Below, in pieces: positions 22,460-30,949 of a stretch of 32,000 bases of DNA. The notes under the pieces are model-generated. The model saw only the letters and a list, made by a program, of their open reading frames with translations. It was not told where the DNA came from and searched no databases. Position 1 is the stretch's first letter, and every line of letters begins with the position of its first letter. The position numbers were made by a program, and so were the translations under genes. The DNA lies in assembly GCF_000186885.1 (NCBI RefSeq), contig NC_014972.1:1860001-1892000 (forward strand), in the 5' to 3' direction. The stretch comes from Desulfobulbus propionicus DSM 2032. GTDB lineage: Bacteria; Desulfobacterota; Desulfobulbia; Desulfobulbales; Desulfobulbaceae.

Positions 22460-23389
22460 ATGGAGAATATCTACGATGTCGTCATCGTCGGCGCCGGGCC
22501 TGCCGGCATGACCGCGGCCATCTATGCCATCCGGGCCAACATGAGGGTCTTGATGCTCGATCGGCTCTCACCGGGCGGACAGATGATCAACACCAACGAG
22601 ATCGAAAACTACACCGGTGCCGGTAAACTGAGCGGCGCCGAGCTGGCGATCAAGATGTTCGAACACACTCAGGAATTGGGGGTGGAATTCGACTACAAGA
22701 CTGTGATCGACATCAGCAACGGCGGTCCGCTCAAGACCCTCACCTGTGAAGAGGACAACACCGTCTACCAAGCGCGGGCGGTCATTCTCGCCACCGGTAC
22801 CGTGCCCCGGCGGCTCGGCGTGCCCGGCGAGGATCAGTGGGCCGGCTCCGGCATCAGCTGGTGCGCCATCTGCGACGGCGCCCAGTATCGCGACAAGGAG
22901 GTGGTGGTCATCGGCGGCGGCAACTCGGCGGTCGAGGAGTCCATCTACCTGGCCGGCATCTGCACCAAGTTGACCATCGTCACCATGTTCGACCTGACCG
23001 CCGACCCCAAGGCCTGCGACCAGCTGCGCAGGATGGCCAACGTCACCATTTACCCTTATCAGGAAGTGCTGGAGTTCACCGGCGAGGACCGTCTCACCGG
23101 CGTGCGCTTCAAATCGACCAAGGAAGACGCCACCGAGCGCTACGTGTCCTGTGACGGCGTGTTCGAGTACATCGGCTTTCAAGCCTCTTCCCAGGCCTTT
23201 GCCAAGCTCGGCATCGTCGACCGCACCGGCTGCATCGAAACCGATGCCCGCATGCGCACCAAGGTCCCGGGCATCTTCGGTGCCGGCGACATCACCGTCA
23301 AACATCTGCGCCAGATCGTCACCGCCTGTTCCGATGGCGCGGTGGCGGCCAACAGCGCAGCCTCCTACGTCGAATCCCTTAAACAGTGA
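22460..23389 (+). CDS. trxB: Thioredoxin-disulfide reductase
   Basis: ATG 22460 follows CAGGGAGG. Motifs are VVIVGAGPAGMTAAIYA (FAD), the redox-active WCAICDG, VVVIGGGNSAVEE (NADPH) and GIFGAGD. 309 aa. Confidence 0.9.
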   Translation: MENIYDVVIVGAGPAGMTAAIYAIRANMRVLMLDRLSPGGQMINTNEIENYTGAGKLSGAELAIKMFEHTQELGVEFDYKTVIDISNGGPLKTLTCEEDNTVYQARAVILATGTVPRRLGVPGEDQWAGSGISWCAICDGAQYRDKEVVVIGGGNSAVEESIYLAGICTKLTIVTMFDLTADPKACDQLRRMANVTIYPYQEVLEFTGEDRLTGVRFKSTKEDATERYVSCDGVFEYIGFQASSQAFAKLGIVDRTGCIETDARMRTKVPGIFGAGDITVKHLRQIVTACSDGAVAANSAASYVESLKQ

Positions 23390-23421
23390 CCTCTTTCCCC
23401 ATAGCCAAGGAGCAACCAGCC

Positions 23422-23730
23422 ATGATCACCGAAATCACCGAAAAAGAGTACGAGTCGCTCGATCACGCCGCCCCCAAGCTGATCGAGTTCTATTCCAAGA
23501 CCTGCGGGCCGTGCAAGATGCTCTCCTTCGTCCTCAAGGACATAGCCAAGCAGAAGCCCGAGTTCCCCATCTACATCATCGATTTCGACGAGAATCGGGA
23601 CCTGAAGGAACGCCTCGGCGTCAAGGGCTTTCCCACCATGCTGTTCTTCAAGGACGGCACCGAGGCCAGCCGCCTGGAAGGCCTCAAGCAAAAACCCGCC
23701 ATCATCAAAGCGATCGAAGCGATCGCCTGA
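23422..23730 (+). CDS. Thioredoxin
   Basis: ATG 23422 lies 9 nt after AAGGAG (23407-23412). 102 aa with the active site SKTCGPCKM and GFPTMLFFKDG. Confidence 0.85.
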   Translation: MITEITEKEYESLDHAAPKLIEFYSKTCGPCKMLSFVLKDIAKQKPEFPIYIIDFDENRDLKERLGVKGFPTMLFFKDGTEASRLEGLKQKPAIIKAIEAIA

Positions 23731-23743
23731 CAAGGAGCCTGTC

Positions 23744-25627
23744 ATGAGCACAAAAGTCCGTTATATCAGCGAGGATCACCTCATCACCCGCCAGAATCGC
23801 GCCGAAAAAGAATTTCTCGCCGCCTTCCAGACCGAGCAGCCAACCTTCGGGCAGCCCAAGGTGGTGGTCAACCCCTACCTGATCAATCCGCTCTGCGCCC
23901 TGGTGCTGTTCACCACCCCGACTCCCGTGGCCCCGACCCTCACCGTCCACGGCAAACGCTATGAGCGCGAGAACCTCACCCACACCTTCAAGGCGGCCAC
24001 CGAGCACATCCTGCCCGTGCTCGGCCTCTACGAGGACTTCGCCAACACCGTGACCGTCAGCCTGCCGGGCGGCGAAACCACCACCCTGACCATCCAGACC
24101 GGCAAGCTGCCCGGCGACGTGTGCCGCTGCCTCAACATCCAGGCCTCGCTCGACTATCTCGGCGACAACCTCATGTTCCTCACCCCGGCCGGCAAGAATC
24201 TGCCCGTCGCCTACGATTACAAGGGCGATATCCGCTGGATGCTCACCGAGAACACCATGTTCGACATCAAGCGGGTGCGAAACGGCAACATCGTCACCGG
24301 CTCCAGCCGCTTCTGCCACATGCCCTACAACTGCACCGGTCTGATCGAGATCAACCTCTTGGGCAAGATCTACAAGGAATACCGCATGCCGGGCAACTAC
24401 CACCACGACCACTTCGAGATGGAGGACGGCAACCTCCTCGCCCTCACCCAGGACTTCTTCCGCGACACGGTGGAGGACATGTGCGTGCTGCTCGACCGCA
24501 ACACCGGCGAGATCCTCAAAACCTGGGACTACCGCGATGCACTGCCCATGGACGTGGCCGGCTCCGGCTCGCAGGACGCCCATGACTGGTTCCACAACAA
24601 CGCCGTCTGGTACGACAAGCGCACCCACAGCCTGACCCTGTCCGGCCGGCATCAGGACGCGGTGATCAACCTCGACTACGAGACCGGCAAGCTCAACTGG
24701 ATCATCGGCGACCCGGAAGGCTGGCCGCAAGACATGGTCGACAAGTACTTCTTCAAGCCGGTGGGCGACCTGTCCAAATTCGACTGGCAGTACGAGCAGC
24801 ACGCCTGCGTGGTCTGCCCGAACGGCGACGTGATGTGCTTCGACAACGGCCAGTACCGCGCCAAGTCCAAGGAGAACTACATCGAGAACCGCAACAACTT
24901 CTCCCGCGGCGTCCGCTACCGCATCGACACCGACAAGATGGAGATCGAGCAGATCTGGCAGTACGGCAAGGAGCGCGGCCAGGAGTTCTTCAGCCCCTAC
25001 ATCTGCAACGTCGAGTACTATGACGAGGGGCACTACATGATCCATTCCGGCGGCATTGGCCGCGAGGACGGCTACGCCGCCAAGGCGCTCGGACCCTTCC
25101 TCAACGCCGACGCCCCGAACGTGGAACTGCGCTCGATCACCGTCGAGGAAAAAGACGGCGTGGTCCTCTACCAGCTGGAAACCGAAGGCAACTTCTACCG
25201 GGCCGAGAAACTGCCGCTCTACCACGGCGGCGACAACCTGGTGCTCGGCGACGGCAAGTTGCTCGGCAGCCTGGAAGTGACCGAAGAGTTCGACACCGTG
25301 CCCGAGGCGGAGGAGGTATTTACCCTGCCGTCCTCTTTTCATAACATCTTCATCGAGGAAGACGAGGACCGGTTCGTCTTCCACGGCCGGTTCGAGAAGG
25401 GCACCCTGGCCATGCTCTGTCTGGAGAACGAGAAGGAGAGCCACAACTACTTCCTCAATACCTCGGCCACCTGGCATCTGGCGATGTGCTCCGGCGCCTT
25501 TCTGGAAAAGGACGAGCGGGACATCAAGATGCATGTGAGCAAGCTGGGCCTCAGCGGGGTGTTCAAGGTCAAGTTGATCATCAATGACAAGAAGTACCAG
25601 ACCGGGGTGACCATCTGCTGTTCATGA
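23744..25627 (+). CDS. Aryl-sulfate sulfotransferase (ASST) family beta-propeller protein, apparently cytoplasmic
   Basis: 627 aa. The blocks VVVNPYLINPLCALV, TVHGK, LGLYEDFANTVTV, AHDWFHNNAVWYD and WQYGKERGQEFFSPY match my recollection of conserved blocks in E. coli AssT. There is no N-terminal signal peptide (MSTKVRYISEDHLITRQNRAEKE...). Confidence 0.75.
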   Translation: MSTKVRYISEDHLITRQNRAEKEFLAAFQTEQPTFGQPKVVVNPYLINPLCALVLFTTPTPVAPTLTVHGKRYERENLTHTFKAATEHILPVLGLYEDFANTVTVSLPGGETTTLTIQTGKLPGDVCRCLNIQASLDYLGDNLMFLTPAGKNLPVAYDYKGDIRWMLTENTMFDIKRVRNGNIVTGSSRFCHMPYNCTGLIEINLLGKIYKEYRMPGNYHHDHFEMEDGNLLALTQDFFRDTVEDMCVLLDRNTGEILKTWDYRDALPMDVAGSGSQDAHDWFHNNAVWYDKRTHSLTLSGRHQDAVINLDYETGKLNWIIGDPEGWPQDMVDKYFFKPVGDLSKFDWQYEQHACVVCPNGDVMCFDNGQYRAKSKENYIENRNNFSRGVRYRIDTDKMEIEQIWQYGKERGQEFFSPYICNVEYYDEGHYMIHSGGIGREDGYAAKALGPFLNADAPNVELRSITVEEKDGVVLYQLETEGNFYRAEKLPLYHGGDNLVLGDGKLLGSLEVTEEFDTVPEAEEVFTLPSSFHNIFIEEDEDRFVFHGRFEKGTLAMLCLENEKESHNYFLNTSATWHLAMCSGAFLEKDERDIKMHVSKLGLSGVFKVKLIINDKKYQTGVTICCS

Positions 25628-25697
25628 TCATAGCGTAGCCTCACCTCCTGCCCCCGGGCAGAAGAGATCACCCCGGTTACCGGCCGGGCGCGGGATC

Positions 25698-25756
25698 GCG
25701 GCAAACACAACCGCTCTTCCGCGCCTTGCGCAGTGCCGGGGTGTTTTGTTTGCCGC
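25698..25756 (+). terminator. Inverted repeat downstream of the ASST gene (possible terminator)
   Basis: GCGGCAAACA (25698-25707) pairs with TGTTTGCCGC (25747-25756) as a 10-bp stem around a ~39-nt loop. The 3' arm is T-rich, but no U-tract follows. Confidence 0.3.
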
Positions 25757-25921
25757 CACAACCAGTGGTGACCGGGAAGAGGCGGAGGCGGGTGAGAAAA
25801 CCGTCAAAAAAACATGCGGTAAAATAGCGTTGCCCTGTTGCGATACGGGTGTATCATGCGTTCCGTACACGGCACTGTTTGTTGAGCCTGCGTGCGCGGG
25901 AGAATGAACGAGGAGAGACGC

Positions 25922-26281
25922 ATGAATCAGTTCCTTTTTGTCTATGGCACGCTCAAACAGGGCTTCCCCAATCATTCCCTGATGAAAGGAGCCTATTGTA
26001 TCGGTGCCGGTCATACCGCCCGGAAATTCGCCATGTACAAGCACGTCGTCCCCTACGTGATCAAGGGCCAGGCCGTGACCCACATCCATGGCGAAGTCTA
26101 CTCCATCCACCCCTCCATGCTGGAGACATTGGATCTGTTTGAAGGCAATCCGGTGTGGAATTGCCGCGAGCTGGTGGATGTGGTCCTTGATGCCGATGCA
26201 TCGCAGGTATCGGCGTGGATGTACTTCAGCGATACCGCCGTAGGTGATTTGGTCGAATCCGGCGTGTACACCAGAGACTGA
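25922..26281 (+). CDS. Gamma-glutamylcyclotransferase-like (GGACT/AIG2-like) protein
   Basis: MNQFLFVYGTLKQGFPNH (YGTLK motif) and a catalytic-Glu context LDLFEGNP. 119 aa. A possible sigma-70 promoter is TTGCCC (25830-25835), 16 nt, TATCAT (25852-25857). An alternative ATG lies at 25904. Confidence 0.75.
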   Translation: MNQFLFVYGTLKQGFPNHSLMKGAYCIGAGHTARKFAMYKHVVPYVIKGQAVTHIHGEVYSIHPSMLETLDLFEGNPVWNCRELVDVVLDADASQVSAWMYFSDTAVGDLVESGVYTRD

Positions 26282-26483
26282 TCATCACATCCAAGCCGAG
26301 TTTCTCGGCACGCTTTCCGAACGACCGCCACCACGAGCTGTTTTCGCACCGCTGTCGGTGGTGCGTGCCGCTTGCCCACCCGATCCCCAATCAATTGGCC
26401 GGCCTCATCCCTTGCTCCGGCACACTCCCCGTTCCCTTCGCCCCAGCCCCTGCTTCCCTTGTTGGGCATCGCATGATCGCCCA

Positions 26484-26561
26484 CCTCGTAAGATGAAGTC
26501 CAAAACCTCGTAAGTTTGCGAGTTGTTGGCAAGGCCGCTTTTTCTTTTAATGCCCGACACG
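26484..26561 (+). promoter_or_regulatory. Conserved regulatory module, copy B, upstream of the MFS transporter
   Basis: Ungapped match to 22256-22333 (63/78). CCTCG half-sites lie at 26484 and 26506, the palindrome CTCGTAAGTTTGCGAG at 26507-26522, TTGTTG at 26523-26528, then a 17-nt spacer and TTTAAT at 26546-26551. Confidence 0.55.
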
Positions 26562-26638
26562 CACAGAACAGCCGACCGGTGTGGCCGGCCCCGGCATCGA
26601 TCACGGATTTGATCCCCACAACAAGGAGCGAGGAACTC

Positions 26639-28018
26639 ATGCAGCACGAACTGAACGACACCACCCCCTGCGGCCTGGGCGACAAGTCCGGCATGACCGG
26701 GCGTTTCGCCAACAATTACTTCGACGGCATCCCCGTCCGCGGCATCCATGCGACCCTGTTCTTCATCATCATGGCCGCCTACTTCTTCGAGCAGTTCGAC
26801 AACTGGAACTTCGGCTTCGCCGCTCCGGCCATTGCCCAGTCCTGGGGCCTGAAACCCACCGACATCGCCACCATCCTTTTCTGGTACTTCATCGGCATGA
26901 CCTCGGGCGGCTTTCTCGGCGGCGTCATTTCCGACTTCATCGGCCGGCGGCCAACCTTCCTCATCTCCATCGTTATTTTCTCGGTGAGCTCGGTGATCAC
27001 CGGCTTCACCAATGACTTTGTCGTGTTCACCCTTTTCCGGGCGTTGACCGGTTTTGGCGTGTTCTGCATGATGGTCACCTCCCAGGCCTACATTGCCGAG
27101 ATGGCGCCCTGCGAGAGCCGCGGCATGTGGCAGGGGAGGGTGGCTGCCATCGGCTTCTGCGCCGTGCCGGTGGTCGCCCTCATCTGCCGGATGGTCATTC
27201 CCATGGCCGAGGAAGCCTGGCGGTTCATCTTCTATGCCGGTGGCCTGGGTGTGGTGCCTTTTGTGCTCGGCCTCAAGTACCTCAAGGAGTCGCCCCGCTG
27301 GCTGGTGGCCCATGGCCGCATCAAGGAGGCCGAAGAGATTGTCACCTACCTGACCGGCAAGGATATCGACCTGTCCGAGGCCGCCAAAAACGTACAACCG
27401 AAGATCGCCGTCACCGACGTGCTCATCGGCATGTTCACCCGCAAGTACATCGGCCGCACCTTGTTGATCATGCTGCTGTTCGTCTGCATTACCCCAGCCG
27501 GCTTCCTGCTGACCACCTGGACCACCCAACTGCTCAAGATGCTTGGCTTCTCTGTCAAGGAGAGCCTCACCGCCATGACCATCATCAGCGTGGGCGTGCC
27601 TGTGGGCTGTTTTCTCAATTCGCTGGTCTCCGACCTGGGCGGCCGCAAACTGCCGCTGGCCGTTCTCAGCGTCCTGGCTGCGATCACCGCGCTGATCTTC
27701 GGCGGCATGAAGAGCCTCATCCTGCTCACCATCCTTGGCTTCGCGGTGACCGTTTTCAACATGGCGCTGAACTTCACCCTGTTCTCCTACACAGCGGAGA
27801 GCTACCCGACCCGCATGCGCAACACCGCCACCGGTTTCCACAACGGCCTGGCCCGACTGTCGGTGTCCGCCTCCCAGCCGCTGATTCCCATGATCCATGC
27901 CTCCTACGGGTTCGCCGGCATCTTTACTTCGGTGGCCATCCTCTTCTTCCTGCCGGTCATTCCGCTGCTCATCTGGGGCCAGCGTACCGGCGGCAAGAGT
28001 CTGGAGGAAATCGAATAA
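26639..28018 (+). CDS. MFS transporter
   Basis: ATG 26639 follows AAGGAGCGAGG. It has multiple hydrophobic helices, the MFS loop motif GGVISDFIGRRP, and FRALTGFG. 459 aa. Confidence 0.85.
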   Translation: MQHELNDTTPCGLGDKSGMTGRFANNYFDGIPVRGIHATLFFIIMAAYFFEQFDNWNFGFAAPAIAQSWGLKPTDIATILFWYFIGMTSGGFLGGVISDFIGRRPTFLISIVIFSVSSVITGFTNDFVVFTLFRALTGFGVFCMMVTSQAYIAEMAPCESRGMWQGRVAAIGFCAVPVVALICRMVIPMAEEAWRFIFYAGGLGVVPFVLGLKYLKESPRWLVAHGRIKEAEEIVTYLTGKDIDLSEAAKNVQPKIAVTDVLIGMFTRKYIGRTLLIMLLFVCITPAGFLLTTWTTQLLKMLGFSVKESLTAMTIISVGVPVGCFLNSLVSDLGGRKLPLAVLSVLAAITALIFGGMKSLILLTILGFAVTVFNMALNFTLFSYTAESYPTRMRNTATGFHNGLARLSVSASQPLIPMIHASYGFAGIFTSVAILFFLPVIPLLIWGQRTGGKSLEEIE

Positions 28019-28045
28019 CCCTCCGCCAACATGAGAGCGATGCAA

Positions 28046-28080
28046 GGGAAACCGGTCCGCAGAACCGGTTTCCCTCTTCC
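28046..28080 (+). terminator. Stem-loop terminator candidate after the MFS gene
   Basis: GGGAAACCGGT (28046-28056) and ACCGGTTTCCC (28064-28074) form a perfect 11-bp stem with a 7-nt loop, followed by TCTTCC, a weak U-tract. Confidence 0.5.
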
Positions 28081-28289
28081 CCAGTGTGAGACCAGCCGTG
28101 CTTCGCTGCAACGGCGACCAACGGATATTGCGTTGTGGTCATGGATCGCCCGAGCGGTGATCGACACAGCCAATGTTTTCCCCCATTGGGACGTTTTTCC
28201 ATTTCCTCCCTCCTCCCTGTACGCTATAAACCATGGAGTATAGCGTAACGTTGCACTGCAGCTCTCCACCATACTGGAGCAACGAGGCC

Positions 28290-30173
28290 ATGTCCGAGAG
28301 AACACCGCAGCCGTCAACCGTCCTTGCCTGTTTGTCGATCCTCCCCTGCCTCCTCGCCCTGCTGCTCATCGGGCCAACGCCCCTTCGGGCCGCAGAATCC
28401 CAGCCGCTTGGCGACAATGAAAAACGGGTCGTGATCCTCTACTCGCAGCCGCGCGATTTTCCCGCCACCGAAATGGTGGAACAGGGAATCCAGGAGGCGC
28501 TGAACGCGGAGCGGCGTTTGACCGTCCAGCTCTTTTCCGAGTATCTCGATCTCTCCCGCTTTCGTGATACCCCCCAGCGTCAGGCCTTGGCGGACCTGCT
28601 TGATCAGCGCTACAGCAATGGCCAGATTGCCCTGCTCATCTGTGTGGACGTCCCGGCTGCCTTGTTTCTCATGGAATATGGGGAGCAACTGTTTCCGGAA
28701 ATCCCGGTGGTGATGTGCGCCATCCCCGAGCGGCTCAAGGATTCCTTGCTCGCCTCGCCGCTTGGCGGACGGGTCAGTGGTATCATCGAGCCCGCCCTGG
28801 TGGCGCGGCAACTGGTGGAATCGGCCTTTCTGTTCAAGCCCGCCACCAAGCAGGCGGTGCTGGTGGCCGGAGCTTTTGAAAACGACCAGGCCCGTGCCGT
28901 TGCCCTGCGCGAGGCGCTGCAAACCGTGCGGCCGGATGTGGAACTGATTGATCTGACCGGACGTTCGCTGGGAGAGATTCTGGAACGGTGCGAGAAGCTG
29001 CCGCGGGATGCGGTCATTTTTTTCTCGACCCTTTTCGTCGACGGCAAAGGTCGCAGTTTTGTGCCCAAAAATGTCCTGCAGTCGATCGCCGCCGTCACTG
29101 ACAAGCCGATTTTCGGCCCCTACGAATCCTATATGGGGTATGGAATTGTTGGCGGTCCGTTGATTTCCCTGCGCCTCGAGGGCAAGATGGCCGCCGAGGC
29201 GGCCTTGCGTATCCTGGGAGGCCAGCCCTTCGAGGCTGGATCGTTCAGCGGCGTCAACACCCAGCGCACCCTCTATGATTGGCGGCAGCTCAACCGCCAT
29301 GCCATCGCGGACACTCTCCTGCCACCCAAGAGCACAATCCTCTTTCGTGAAGCAACCCTCTGGGATCAATATAAGTATTCGCTGATCGGCATCGTGGCCC
29401 TGGTCACCTTGCAGTCGCTGCTGATCATCGGATTGGTGGTCAATCTCCGCCAAAGAAAGAAGGCGGAGACCGCGTTGCGTGCCAGTCAGCGAGAACTGCA
29501 AACCCTGGCCGGACGTCTGATTTCCTCGCAGGAGGAGGAATTGAGCCGCTTGGCGCGCGAATTTCATGACGATTTTGCCCAGCGTCTGGCCGCGGTGGCC
29601 ATCGAGACCGGGACCCTGGAGATTCACTCGCAGCAGCTCGACCCTCCGGCCAGAGAAAAGATCGGTCACGTCAAGGATCAGCTGATCAGGCTCTCCGATG
29701 ACATTCACGCCATCTCCAGGGAACTGCACCCGGCAATTCTCAAGGATCTCGGCCTGGGGCGGGCGGTCAACTCCCTGTGTATCAATTTTGCCGACCGCGA
29801 GAATATTCCGGTGGATTGTCATTTCGAGCCCCTCCCCGACGATATTCCGCCCCAGACCTCCCTGTGCATCTACCGGGTGATCCAGGAAAGTCTGCGCAAC
29901 ATAGCCAAGCACGCCCGTGCCCGGCACGTCGATATTTCCCTCAAGCTCTCGGCCAATCATCTGCTGGCGACCATCGAGGACGACGGGGCCGGTTTCGAGC
30001 CCAAATGCGCCCGCCACACCCCGGGCATCGGTCTGGCGAGCATGCGGGAGCGGGTTCAATACGTCAAGGGCGAGTTCACCATCCAGTCCGAACCTGGACA
30101 GGGAACGGTGATCGAACTGTCCATTCCCCTGCAGAGGGTGGAGTATGAAAAAACCAAGAATACTGTTGGCTGA
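28290..30173 (+). CDS. Sensor histidine kinase (HisKA_3/NarX-type core) with a periplasmic substrate-binding-protein-like sensor domain
   Basis: Signal/TM LACLSILPCLLALLLIG, a ~330-aa periplasmic domain, a second TM SLIGIVALVTLQSLLIIGLVV, a coiled coil, the H-box EFHDDFAQRLAAV, the N-box ESLRNIAKHA, and DDGAGF/GIGLASMRERV. An alternative upstream ATG lies at 28233. Confidence 0.85.
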   Translation: MSERTPQPSTVLACLSILPCLLALLLIGPTPLRAAESQPLGDNEKRVVILYSQPRDFPATEMVEQGIQEALNAERRLTVQLFSEYLDLSRFRDTPQRQALADLLDQRYSNGQIALLICVDVPAALFLMEYGEQLFPEIPVVMCAIPERLKDSLLASPLGGRVSGIIEPALVARQLVESAFLFKPATKQAVLVAGAFENDQARAVALREALQTVRPDVELIDLTGRSLGEILERCEKLPRDAVIFFSTLFVDGKGRSFVPKNVLQSIAAVTDKPIFGPYESYMGYGIVGGPLISLRLEGKMAAEAALRILGGQPFEAGSFSGVNTQRTLYDWRQLNRHAIADTLLPPKSTILFREATLWDQYKYSLIGIVALVTLQSLLIIGLVVNLRQRKKAETALRASQRELQTLAGRLISSQEEELSRLAREFHDDFAQRLAAVAIETGTLEIHSQQLDPPAREKIGHVKDQLIRLSDDIHAISRELHPAILKDLGLGRAVNSLCINFADRENIPVDCHFEPLPDDIPPQTSLCIYRVIQESLRNIAKHARARHVDISLKLSANHLLATIEDDGAGFEPKCARHTPGIGLASMRERVQYVKGEFTIQSEPGQGTVIELSIPLQRVEYEKTKNTVG

Positions 30174-30783
30174 TGACCATCGCATGGTGGCCGAGGGGCT
30201 GCGCGGCCTGCTGGAGCCGGACTATCAACTGGTCGGCATCGTCGAGGATGGCCGGGCCCTGCTTGAGGCGGCGGACCGGCTCATGCCCGACGTGGTGGTG
30301 GCGGATGTCTCCATGCCGCTGCTGAACGGGATCGAGGCGGTACGGCAGCTCAAGAAGAAAAACAAGGAAATCGCGGTGGTCTTTCTCACCATGCACCTCG
30401 ATGTCGCCTACGCGGCCAGTGCCTTCGAAGCCGGCGCCTCGGGATATGTGCTCAAACATTCGGCTCCGTCGGAGCTGCTGGTCGCCATCGGCAGCGCGCT
30501 CAAGGGACGAACCTACATCACGCCGTTGCTGGCCGGTGAACTGCTCAACTACCAGCGCAACCGGCCCAGCGGCGACCAAGAGGGCGGGGTTGCCCGTCTG
30601 ACCGCACGCCAGCGCGAGGTGCTGCAGTTGATTGCCGAGGGACTTTCGGTCAAGGAGGCCGCCGCCGTGCTCGGTATTTCCTCCCGCACGGTGGAGTTTC
30701 ATAAATACAGCATGATGGAGATCTTGGGACTGAAAAGTTCAGCTGAATTGATGCGCTTTGCCGTCGAACACGGCATCAAGTGA
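30145..30783 (+). CDS. NarL/FixJ-family response regulator (REC plus LuxR-type HTH)
   Basis: ILLADDH...VVVADVSMP (phospho-acceptor Asp) and LTARQREVLQLIAEGLSVKEAAAVLGISSRTVEFH. The start overlaps the kinase gene by 29 nt. Confidence 0.9.
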   Translation: MKKPRILLADDHRMVAEGLRGLLEPDYQLVGIVEDGRALLEAADRLMPDVVVADVSMPLLNGIEAVRQLKKKNKEIAVVFLTMHLDVAYAASAFEAGASGYVLKHSAPSELLVAIGSALKGRTYITPLLAGELLNYQRNRPSGDQEGGVARLTARQREVLQLIAEGLSVKEAAAVLGISSRTVEFHKYSMMEILGLKSSAELMRFAVEHGIK

Positions 30784-30817
30784 ATCGGCGGTCGAGGCGG
30801 ACGGAAGGCAAAGAAAA

Positions 30818-30847
30818 CCTGCTCAAACAAATGACTGCTTGAGCAGG
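30818..30847 (-). terminator. Terminator candidate serving the minus-strand OMP gene
   Basis: CCTGCTCAA (30818-30826) and TTGAGCAGG (30839-30847) form a 9-bp stem. On the minus strand it is followed by TTTTCTTTGCC (plus-strand aaagaaaa at 30810-30817). Confidence 0.5.
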
Positions 30848-30910
30848 AAGGAGAGAGGGGCGTTCCAAGGGACTGCCTGCATGCCGCGCCCCCTGCACCA
30901 TGCACTCTGA

Positions 30911-30940
30911 CAACCGCCCGGCCCAATCGCCGGGCGGTTG
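30911..30940. terminator. Perfect 12-bp GC hairpin between convergent genes (bidirectional terminator candidate)
   Basis: CAACCGCCCGGC (30911-30922) and GCCGGGCGGTTG (30929-30940) with a 6-nt loop. On the plus strand TGTGTTAT follows. It lies 10 nt beyond the OMP stop on the minus strand. Confidence 0.55.
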
Positions 30941-30949
30941 TGTTATGGC

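Noticed and set aside
23705-30185. Minus-strand ORFs 23705-25534 (609 aa), 26405-28111 (568 aa) and 28314-30185 (623 aa)
   Set aside because: They are antisense to the ASST, MFS and histidine-kinase genes respectively. The translations are low-complexity with no recognisable domains, and the plus-strand genes have strong motif and RBS support.
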